Assembly: GCA_002500135.1 (NCBI GenBank)
Contig: DLSM01000001.1
Location: 16,629-80,628 of the forward strand
Length of the DNA: 64,000 nt
Origin: Christensenella sp. UBA7862
GTDB lineage: Bacteria; Bacillota; Clostridia; Christensenellales; UBA1242
Reading direction: 5' to 3'
A program made the position numbers and the translations under genes. The notes under the pieces are model-generated. The model was given only the letters and a program-made list of their open reading frames with translations. It was not told where the DNA came from and ran no database searches. Numbering within the stretch: position 1 is the first letter of the stretch; each line of letters begins with the position of its first letter. Positions 44,701 through 56,700 of the stretch are shown here, piece by piece.

Positions 44701-47700
44701 ATATGGATATTGATGGCGATATAAATATTCCTCTTGAAATTGCAAATGAAAAAGCATACAACAAAACTTTAGTCACTCAAAATGTTTCAGTTGTAACTGT
44801 TGGCGGAAAGACAATGTATGTGGTGGCGGCAAGAGGTGTTGCAAGTGCTTCCATTCAAAGCAAAACTAATATGCACGCAACATTAACAATTTCTCCAACA
44901 GGACTTGCGGGAAGAATTTTGATTGTTGTTTTGCCACAAGACAAAATTTATTCAAAAGCACAATATGAAATTTTATCTGGCGAAATGAGGGAGATTGAAC
45001 TTTCAAAAGAGGACTTCACTTCTGGTGTGTTCTATGTTCAAAATGCAGGCGTATATGAAGTTGCAAACGAATACACAGACGGCAGAAAATATTATGCAAA
45101 AGTTGTCGATTATTCAAGTTTGCTAAATATTTGGAAAAACACTTTGGTCGTTCAGCTTGATGTCGAAAACGGCGAAGACGTGCCATACAGCGTGTCAAGT
45201 GTTCAAGACCTTTTGAACATTTCACAAAACCCAACAAAGAGATATGTTTTAACAAACAACATTCGTTTTGACAGTTCAAGAACATTCTCCTCAATCGGTG
45301 GATATTTTGAAGTAAATATAACTGAAGAACAATTTGCAAATGGCGTTTATTACATCAAAAACAACCTTGACCAATATGTTTTGCAAACAGCATACAGAGC
45401 GGGTCAAATATATTATGCATATGGCTTTGGTGGTGAACTTTCGGGCAGATATGAAGTTCAAGACAAGACTTCTGCCACAACACACTATGAATATTATTCA
45501 ATAGAAAATGTTTATCTCCCTTCTCAAATTTCTTCAAAAACATTTGGACTTTTTGAAACACTATATGGCAAGGTGAGTGACGTTGACATTAAATTTGTCT
45601 TTGCTCAACCAAACATTGCAAATGAAATTACATTTGGCGGCATTGCGGGCATTAACTTTGGCGAAATTTTGGAGTGCACAACAAGTTTCTCTGGAGCAAT
45701 TTTAAGAACAAACAAGCAAACAGTTTTTGGAGGAATTGCTGGCGTTAACTTTGGAAGAATTGAACTTTCAGAAAAGCAATCTTCTTCAAGAAGTTTAACT
45801 GGCGATGTTACAATCATTTCTACGGGCAAAGAACTTTTGTCCGTGGGCGGAATTGCGGGACTTAACTTTGGCGAAATTGTTGGAAGTTTTGCAAGGGGAA
45901 ACGCAGACAGCGTGTCCTTTGGCGACAGCGCTTACGACAGCAACATAAATATTACAGTTCAAATTTCTGGCAACGAAAATGCACTTAATAACATAAACAT
46001 TAATAATATTCCTTCTCGCATTGTAAAAATGTTTGAAAACTTGGTCGTGGGCGGGGAAAATGAAAATACTTCATTCTTCATCCCACAAAGTTATGCAAAT
46101 ATCTCAGCACTTTTTGCAATGGACAGAGATTATTCCTTGGAAAATGCGGGTGATGGAATTTTAAGCGGAGTTGGTGGAGCAGTTGGGACAAACTTTGGCA
46201 AAATTTCAAACCTTAGCGTGCAAGGAAATGTGAGTGCTGAAGACTGTGACTATGTTGGCGGAATTGCAGGACTTGCAGTTGCAAATGAAAAATATAACAG
46301 CAAAATAACTGACCTAAACGGCAATTATTCAATAAGTTACAGTTACACTTCTTCGCATGTCTTGGGCAATCATTATGTCGGTGGAGTTGTTGGGGCTGCA
46401 AGAGGGTTCTTAAAATCAAGCGAAGTTGTTGACGAGAATGTTTCTGATATTCCAGTTGGCTTATATGACGTTGGGGCAGAAAATTATGTAAGGGATGAAC
46501 ACTCAAGAAATTTTGTTGTAGGAAAAGGCGAAGTTGGTGGCTTTGCGGGAAAACTTGTTGGTGTTAATGCACAATATCTTTCCGTTACAAGTTATCATGA
46601 CGAATATGCTTCTCAAGGCACAACCTGGCTTGCAAATCAAGACAATTATGACGTTGTGGCAAACGAAACATCAACGGGCTTTAATCTTAACGAAATAAAT
46701 GACGGTCTTGCGGGCGGCTTTGCGGGAAGCAGTGACCATGCAAAATTCTTCGCTTGCGGAGCAAATGTCAATCTTTGGGCTCCAAGTTCCATTGCTTCAT
46801 TCATCTTCTCATATATGTCAAACGAGGGCGAATACAATGTTGCAAACGTATTCGGGAAAGGTGTTGTAAATGCGTCTGGGTCTTCAAGGACTTGGGGAAG
46901 TTTGGGCGCTGGTGTGAACTTTGGAAACAACACTTTGTCATTCTCAAAAGTTATTGACAAAGCAGGAAAGCCAACATATTTTGTCGGCAACACAAGTTAT
47001 TCAGAAACACAATTTGCGGAACAAATAAATGCAAAATTTGAGAGCAGTTTAGCACAACTTCCATGGAAAGCGGAAAAAGACGCAAGCGGCAAAGTTGTTG
47101 GACTTCCAATGCTTTACATCTCATATGATGTGAAAGTTGGCGAAACAACTGTCACAAGAACTGAACCATTATTTGTTTTGGGACCAGTAACTGTTAATGT
47201 TGTGACAAGAGATAATGTTTTGAGCAATGAAGGTTGGAAGTTTGTAAAACTTGACGACAAAACTCTAATGTTGTTCTTTGCAATGGATGAACAAAATTCA
47301 GTTTCTTCTTCCATTCTTACAACACTAAACACAACAAAATTGCTCGAACTATTGGATATAACAGTTTCTCCAAGCGGGGCAAAATCAAATAAACTTATCG
47401 TTCAAAGCAGTTCAGACCTGCTTGAAGTGTCGGGCGAAAATATTATTGTAAAATCAATCGGCAAAGAGGGAAGCGAAACTGTAACACTCACCATTTCATC
47501 AATGCTCAGTTCGCAAAACTCAACTTACAATGCGAAAGTTCAAATTATCCTTTGCTATGGACTAAGTGATGTTAATATTTATGCAAACACCAGTTTCACC
47601 GCTCCACTTAGCGAAAACTTGGGCATAGACCTTCTGCTTTCTGAAACGCAAACAGTTTATGCAAATCCAGAATTTGTTGTAGAAATTTCGGACGAAGAGG

Positions 47701-50700
47701 TAAATCTTCGTGCAATGGACAATGTGGGGCTTCGCTTTGAAGTCGCAAGCGATGACATAAATCCAATTATCGAAAACCTAAACGGAACAGCAACAAGCAT
47801 CGGAAATATTTTCACAATCGGCTCAAAACAATGGAGTTCAGTTGTTTCAAATGGCAAAATTGAAAAGTATTATGTCAATATTGATGCAACATTTGCGTCT
47901 TTCATTCCACTTCTTGCCATTCCAGACGGGGCAAAACTTAATATCAAATGTGTGCCATATATTTATCAAGTGGTTGACGGCGAAAGAAAAAATTTCTTGC
48001 TTGAAGAACACTCAACAAATTTCTATCTTTCAATAACTCACGGGGCAACCTCTATTGCTCTATCAAACAACACTCAGCCAAACTTTGTTATGAATCAACT
48101 TCAAACATTGTCCTTCACAATAGGCATGGCAACTGACAGCGTTGACGACAAAATTATTCTTGACAATCTTTTGGGACTGTCAGATGACCTTGGCATAAAT
48201 GTTGGGGAATATCAATATGAATTTGTTGACGAAGTGGGCAAAGTGGAGGTTGTTGGCCCAACGGAAACTCGTGGTAAAACAGGGCTTAGAAAAATCTCTC
48301 AATCATTCACAGTTTGGTTCAAAGATAAACTTGCAGGCATAAAACAAGACAAAAATTATGTATTTAACTTCCATTCAAGCATAAATGCTTCAGTTCTAGT
48401 GTCGGTCAATGTTAAGATTATTGGCGAAAACGAAGTTAAAAGTGTTTACACAAATGTCTATGCAGACTATGACGACTTCCCACAAAAGAGCAGTGGCGGA
48501 TACATCTATTCTGGACTTGCCGATTCGCCAGCAGTGCTTGGGGTTGAAGTCTATCCTTATGTAACAAACTATTCAAATGTCAGGCTTTCATACACTTCTT
48601 CAACTGGCGACTTGCTATTTATGTCACCAATAACTCTTGACCTTAAAAATGAACATGGCAAACAATTTGTTGACAATGCAAGTGTGGCAGTTATAGGAGC
48701 GGACGGAAAGAGTTTGACTGTTCATAAGTCTGTTGGGCAAGATACATTTCTCAGCAACGATAGCGGAGTGTATTCTTATGCAAGAAGTTATTTCTTCAAA
48801 CTATTCACTGATTCAACAGTTACAGAAGGCACTCAATTTGTAATTAAAATTGAAATAATAAATGAGCAAGGCACTGTTATTCTTACAAAAGAAGAAACAG
48901 TTTACACACTCAAGAAACCAGGCATAACATTCAGTTTTGACAAGAATTTGCTCAAAGACGATAATGACACCTTGTATTATCTTCCAATAAACACAAAGAA
49001 CGAACTTTCAGTTGAAACAATAAACTATTCTGACAACATAAAATGGTCACTTTCGGCAGTTGATGAAAGAGGAAATGCTTATGCCAATTTCTCAGACATA
49101 AAGGAATCCTTGGAGCCAACAAAAGAAAATGGCAAATATTATGTTCAAGTTCTAAAATATGGCGAAATATTTAATACTGACCTTGTTGGAAAAACAGTAA
49201 CTTTGCGTGGCGAAATTACAAATAACAAGCAAACTTATAGTTATGAAGTTAAGTTTGTTGTTACATTGTTCACTGTTAAAAATATTTCTGTCCAAAATGC
49301 AGAAAATAACAGCCTAAAAGTTAAAGTTGCGACAACAACTCCACTAAAACTTGATGTTTCCGCTTACTATGACGATAGCGTAAATGCAGAGAATAGTTGG
49401 TATGACGATTGGTATCAAAACATTGGCTCAAAAGCGGGTGAAAGAGAAAAAGACAGCCTTTACAAAAATCTTACAAACGCAGGATATGAAGTAAAACAAT
49501 ATTTTGTTGATTATCTTAACGACTTTGCAGACTCGGTTGCAAAAGTTGCAACGGACAAACAAGGGACTATTTCAGGTGTGTTCAAAAGCGAAGATGGTTC
49601 GCAACTTGTAAGCGGCAACAAATATCTTGAAGAAACATTTGGTGTAGAAAAGTTTAAAGATTATTTTGCACTTTATGGCTTGAGAGCAAACAGAACATTC
49701 AACATCATCTTTGATTCTCAAATTTCCTATTCAGCAAAAAATACTCTTGAAAGTAAATCTGCTGGCGTTCCAAATGTTTGCGACTATTTGACAGAAAGTT
49801 ATGACAAAATAAAACAATTTACTCAAACTCTTGATGTGATGTTCGTGTATGCAACTGAACTTAGAAACGCAATTCCAGTTTCAACGGCAGACGAGTTCAT
49901 AAGCATGCAAGAGGGCAAGGACTATAGACTTGTAAACGACATTGTCCTTGAAAATTACACCCCACTTTCAACAAAGATTGGCTCGTTTGACGGCAATAAC
50001 AAAGTTATATTTATCAAAAGTTTCTCCTACAACTCCTCTTCAACTGGCAGCATAAATCTTGGGCTTTTTGAAAAGATTGAAAGCGATGTAGAGGTGTCAG
50101 GAGAAAAGAAACAAATTGTTATTCAAAACACAACAGTCTATTACACTCCAAATGTCACAGAAGAAATTTTTGAGAGCAAAGGCGAAACGATAAAAATCTT
50201 GGAGCCAAGTTTGGAAAGTTTGAGAATATCTCTTCCAAATGCAAGCAGTGTAACCTTTGGCGGAATTGCAAGTTCAAATGCAGGCGTCATTACAAATGCA
50301 AACGTTTTGGGCGGAGTGAAGATTGAAATCAATTCGTCTGATGTTGTAAGCGGTGGCACAGCAACAAGCCTTGTTGGCGGACTTGTTGGGACAAATGAAA
50401 AAACAGGTTATATAACAAACAGCTCAGTTGGTGCAAAGTTGTTCCGCAGCAAGACAAAACAAAATGATGAAAAAACTTATGACGGCTTTGACATCTATTG
50501 TTATGGCAAGGTTGGCGGCTTTGTAGGAACAAATGGTGGCAAAATTGTTGCAAGCTATTTTGAATCTGGCTCCATTGAACACAACTCAAAAGAAGAGGGT
50601 GTTGGCGGCTTTGTTCAAACAAATAACGGCGAAATTTTGGAGTGCTACGTTCAAGGCAGACGTTCTGAAAATGATAAGGACATAAGAAACACTGGCTCGG

Positions 50701-53700
50701 GCATTGTTTCTCGTGCGGGCATTGTGGGCGGATTTGTGTATAGCAACAACGGCACAATTTCCGATTGCTATTCAAACATTTGGCTCAGTTCTTCGGGTGC
50801 TATTGCAGGCTTTGTTTATGTGGACTCAGCAAGCAGCATAATTTCAAGAAGTTACTCCATAAGTTACAAAAAAGCAGGGGATAACAACACAACAGCCTAT
50901 CCTTTCGCTGGACCAAAAACTCTTCTTTCAACAGAAGTGTGCATAAATGGTGTTTTGAACGATTGCTTCTTCCTAAATGACAGAACAAAAAATGATAAAT
51001 GGGAGAACACAAACTTCTATATAGAAGGTCAATCAGACCCAGCAAAAACTCCAGCGAACAAAAAAGCGGTGGAACTTTCAACTGCAAACTTCGCAACTCA
51101 CACGTATTTTACAAATTATGACCTATCTTTGGTTTACAATTCAGACGGACAATATGCAAATGATGACAAATATAGTTATGTTGACGGCTACACATGGGCA
51201 ATTATTGAAGGCAAGCCAGTTTTGGCTTCAACGCTGGTTAGGACAATTTCTCAAAGAGATTATTTGGGCAAAAAGAAAAATTACACAGGCTACACTCAAA
51301 TTTTTGCACTTCAATCCACTTCGGATTGGAAGTCAGCAAAAAGAGATAATGACCCAAGCATAACAGATTACACAAGTTCTTCATCGGGCAAACTTCTTTT
51401 CTCAAAACAAGACAACGGAGATACTGTGGACTTTATCTATCCAGCAGTTGAAACGGCAAACGGAAATTACGAAAGCCTTGTTATAACTTATCAAGTTGTA
51501 AAGGACGGCGGAAAGACGACTTATGTAAACCCAGTTGCAGAATATGGCGAAGACAAGCGTGTGCTTGACATTCAAGAGGGAAGCATAAATGACGAAAACC
51601 CAAAAGACACAAACTTCAGAGCAAATGACACAATAACTGTAACATTTGACTATGAAAATAACTTCATTTCAAGCATAACTTACTACACCCTTGACGAAAA
51701 CAACATCACATACTATTACAAGGGTGACGTGTCGGGCATTTCTTTCGCAAGTGGCAATCAAACAAACCCAGTTACAATTTATGACAGAGATTCTTTGGTG
51801 TATGCTTTAACAAACACAGTTTCAAGCGATGACAACCTTGACAAATATTTCAGAATTATTTGCGACATAGACCTTGACGGCGAATTCTTGTCAACAAGTA
51901 AGACAAATTTCACTGGTGTCTTGCAAGGCAATCACATGACAATAGACAACCTTTCAATGTCATATAACAGGTGGCAAGCAGACCAAGTGGACAAAGAAGC
52001 ATTTGGAATGTTTGCAAAAATAACCTCAGACGAGAAGAAAGATACAATTATTTCAAACCTTAAACTTGGAATTGTTCAAATAGTGTCAAATGTTCACCCA
52101 TATGTCGGCGCTCTTGCGGGAATTGTTACAGGAACGTCAGTCAAAACGGACAAAAAAGTTCTTTTCAACAATATTTCAATCGCCGCTGCAGACGGCGGCT
52201 ATGCTCCAGTTCAAGGACGAAATGTCGTTGGCGGACTTGCAGGCTACATTGGCAGAAATGTTATAATAAAAGACATAACAACCGATGTTTCAGTTATTTC
52301 AACATTTGACGCTTCGGGCGATGCGTCAGAAGCAGTGCGTTTGTATTTGAAAGAGAACTCGAATTTGAGCAGTTGCTCTTATGTTGGTGGCGTTGTGGGT
52401 GTGTTTGACGCAACAAGCGTTGTGGACAAGGCAACAAAGAAAAACTACAATGCAAGCAATGTTACAGTTCTATCTGGCAATGCATTCCTAGGTGGTGTAG
52501 TTGGCACAGCGTTTGGACTTTTGGGAACGGACACAATCGCAAACTATGTCAACGTTCAAGTTGAGTCAAACGACACAAGTTTTGTCAAAGCACAATTCTA
52601 TGGTGGCGGAATTGTTGGCGAAAATAGAGGAATCCTCCTCAGTTCGTCTGCAAGAAACGTTGATGAAAATGACTCGACAGTTTCAGTCGGCAAATCGACT
52701 CTTGCTCAATATGACTATTTCTTCAATGCAGCGGGAACTCAAACAGTTGCAATAGGCGGCTTGGTGGGTCTTAACAACGGCGGGCTTATTTCAAATTGTA
52801 TAGGTGCTATCGATGTTAGAAGTTCCAGAACAACAATCGTTGGAGGGGCTGTCGGCAGACAACTTGCTGGCGGAATTGAAAATGTTATTGTTTCTGGCTC
52901 TGTTATGGGTGACAAAATTATAGGCGGTCTTGTGGGAACAATTAACGATAAAGAAATGATTGCTTCTCCAGAGTCATCATTCTCCGAAAAGGCAATGATG
53001 AAAGATGATGACGTACACTTGGCTCTCACTGGCTATAATCTTGCAGAGGGCAGTCAAGTTATTTGTAGAATTTCAAACTGCGTGGCAGAAAACAACTGGC
53101 TATATGAAGATTATGACAAATATGTAAGAAAAATAGAAGCCATAACAAAAGTTGCAGTTGGCGGATTTGTTGGACTTATCTCAACCATAGACAACACAGA
53201 CGAGAATGGAAAAACTTACACTTGGAAAGATAAAATTGTGTTTGACGGGCAAAGCACTTATGTCGGTGCAATTTCAAACGGCACTTCTAAAAGATATCTT
53301 AAGGCTGCTTATGCTTGCAATACTTTTGATTATGCAAAAAATGTTTCCGAAAGCAATTACACAATTCTCTGCAACATACAAGGACAACAATCAGTGTTCC
53401 CAGCAGGACAACAAGAATTGTATGTCAGCACTCAATCTTCAGACATTTCTTACACTATAAAGAGAATTCCATTCACCACTTACAGCGACAAGTCAAGCGA
53501 AGGTGATGAATACAAGAACATTATCTATCAAATTGAAAAAACTGGAAACAAAGACTTCTCACAAGATGAAGGTTTCTATGATGAGATTAAGATTTTGGAA
53601 ATTACATCAAGCAGAGAAACTTATACTGGTTCATTTGAAAGTGGCATATGGTATCATTCGAATAACACTGACAAGCCAGTTGAATATACATGGTTCGCAG

Positions 53701-56700
53701 AACACTTTGGCGTTGTGTATGAAAAATATGAATACAAGTATGAAGACGGCACAGTTGTTACGGGCATACAAAAAGTTGTTGACTATAATCACATGGGCGA
53801 AGACGATGACCTAGTTAAAGCTTTTGGAAATTATAATATTGAGGCTAGCGGAGAAAACACATTTTATACTGTTGGATACAATGATTTATCAAAGCTTCCA
53901 ACAAGAACAATGGTGGTTGACGCAACAAAGAATGAAACAAAGGAAATAACTCCAGAAACCGCTACAACAACCTTCTGCTATATTGCTCGTCCAACAATTT
54001 CAAAATTTACATTTGATAGAACGTTTGATTACAAATCAAATAATGAAGTGATAAACGACATTGCTTTGTATGGCGGCATTGAAAATACTGGGGCTATCAA
54101 AAATGGTGCGAATAGTTTTGCAGAAGTTGGGTTATTGACCAATCAAAGCACATTCATTCTAAACGGACTTAAGTTGTTTGAATTTGAGGATGACAAACCA
54201 ACTTCATTATGGACAGAAGTTGAAAAGGACTCAAAAATCTACAGACTTTCAGAAGAAATGCTTGCAGTGTGGGGTGGAGTTGACCTTCCAGACGGTGGGA
54301 AGATTGTTGACATTACAATTCATGTGGCACAAGCAGAGGTGGATAAAACTTGGTATGTTTCAAAAGTTATTTTGACTTACAAATATGACGGCGTGGTGGT
54401 TGAAGACAATTCTTCAAAAGCAACATTTCTAAAGCAAAGTCAAAACCCAGACAACCCACTTGAAACAACATATTCTCTCATTTCTTCAGCAAAGAAATCA
54501 GCATTTAAGTCATTTGATAGTGGTTATTGGATTTTTGCAAACGATTTCTATTCGGGCGTTATCCCATTTGAAAGCAAATATCCACAAAACATTGAATATG
54601 CAGAAACTTATGTGTGGGAAGACTTCAGAACAACTGGAGAAACTGGACTTATAACAGAGATAAAAACTGCAGAGGATCTTGCACTATTTGCATACCTTGT
54701 GAATAGCGGAAACGATTATGCAAATCAAGAAGTTAAACTTATAGCAGACATTGATTTAAGCGGCAAGTATTGGATTCCAATTGGGAAAGACGCAGCTCAC
54801 CCATTTAAGGGAAAATTCATTGGACAAGGACGCACAATAAAATATATTTCCGTTGACGAGAATTCTCTTGCGAAATCAGAGGAAACAAAAGTTGAATATG
54901 CAGGACTGTTTGGCTATCTATCAGGTGCAGCAATTTCCTCGCTTACACTTTTGGGCGGCGAAACAAAAGGTAATTATGCAGGCGGACTTGCGGGGTATGC
55001 AGAAAATTCAAAATGCTCTGGCATAGCAAACAGAAATAATGTTATTGGTGACAGTTACGCAGGTGGACTTGTAGGGCAGGCTACAAAATCTACATTCGAG
55101 GGTTGTATAAATTATGCTGAAGTAAAATCAAGTAACAACTATGACGCACAAAATGTTTATGTAGGCGGGCTTGTAGGACAAATGACCAGCGGCGAAATCA
55201 AAAACCCAGAAGGCGTTGAAACTGCAAACAATGGCACTATTCAAGCACAAAGCACTCACAACAATCACTTTGGAGAAAACCCTCATAAAATAAACCTTTA
55301 TGCTGGTGGCATAGTGGGTTGTGCAGAAAATGTTAAAATTTCATGCGACCTTAAAAACTATGGCAATGTAAATGTTACAACAAACGCAGCAAATATTTGG
55401 GCTGGCGGCTTGTTTGGGAAATTGAACACAACAAGTTGTGCTGGAATGTTCAACAAAGGCAAAGTTTCCGTTGTAAACTCCAACAGAAATACAACAGACA
55501 CAAGGTCAAAGATGTATGTTGGTGGAAACGTTGGTGAAGCAATAACAAGCATGTCACAAATGTCAAATGAAGAAGATGTGACGGTGGTGTGTGACTTGGT
55601 TACAAGACTTGATAGTTATGTTGGCGGAATTGCTGGCTTGCTCTCGGGAAATTTAATCGAAAGTTACAACGCTAAAAATATCACATTCACTTCAAAAGGT
55701 GGCGATGCGGCATATGTCGCTGGACTTGTGGGTGTTATGTCTTGTGCGGAAGGCTCGGACGTGATAGCTGTTTCAGATTGCTACAACTCGGGCAAGGTTA
55801 CAACAACCTGCGGCGGCGTAGGCTATGTTGCGGGAATTGCTGGACTTTGCGAGGGAGCAACAAATCATGTTGTAATCAAAAACACGCTTTCCATAGGACA
55901 AATTTCCACTCAAAGTGGGGAAGGCGCATGCCTGACTGGAGCAATTACAAACTACACAGCAAACACAAGCCTAATTTACAGACCAGAAAATATTGTTGAC
56001 GAAGCACAAGCAGTTTCGACATTTGCAAACTTCTTCCTTCGTGGCACTGCAGTTATGGACGGGCAAACTCAAGACGGGCTTGGCGGCGAACTTCCAGCCA
56101 ATTATGAAGAAGAAAAATTTGCAAAAGGCAGAATTTCCACAACGCTGAAAGAAGAAAGCACTTACAATCCAGAGGGCGAAGCAATTTGGAACTTTGGAAA
56201 CGGTGTTGGCAAGGCAACTTGGGAATGGAAATATGCAACTTGGTATCCAACACTTGCCAATAACTCTCCAAACACCATTTGGACAGACAGTGTTGAAGAT
56301 ATGGTTCAAGTTGGCGGAGATTATGTTATTGACACTCCAGAACAACTTGCAAAACTTGCACTTCTTTCAAATTCTGGCACACTTGACACAAAAGGCAAGA
56401 CGTTTAGACTTAGAAACGCAATCGACCTTTCAAACAAATTGTGGATTCCAATCGGGACAGAAGAATTCCCATTCGAAGGAACATTTGAAGGTGGCGGCTA
56501 CTCAGTGTATAACATGACCGTTGACGGCTCAGCAGTTGTTTTAAGTGGCATTAAAGATTTGAAACTTGGCGGATTGTTTGGCGTGGTTAGAAATTCCAAA
56601 ATTGCAAACCTTGGCGTAATTTCTCCTATCGTTAAAAATGTGAACAACGCAGCGGGTGTTGTTGCAAAAGCCAATAACACACTTATCCAAAATGTTTACA

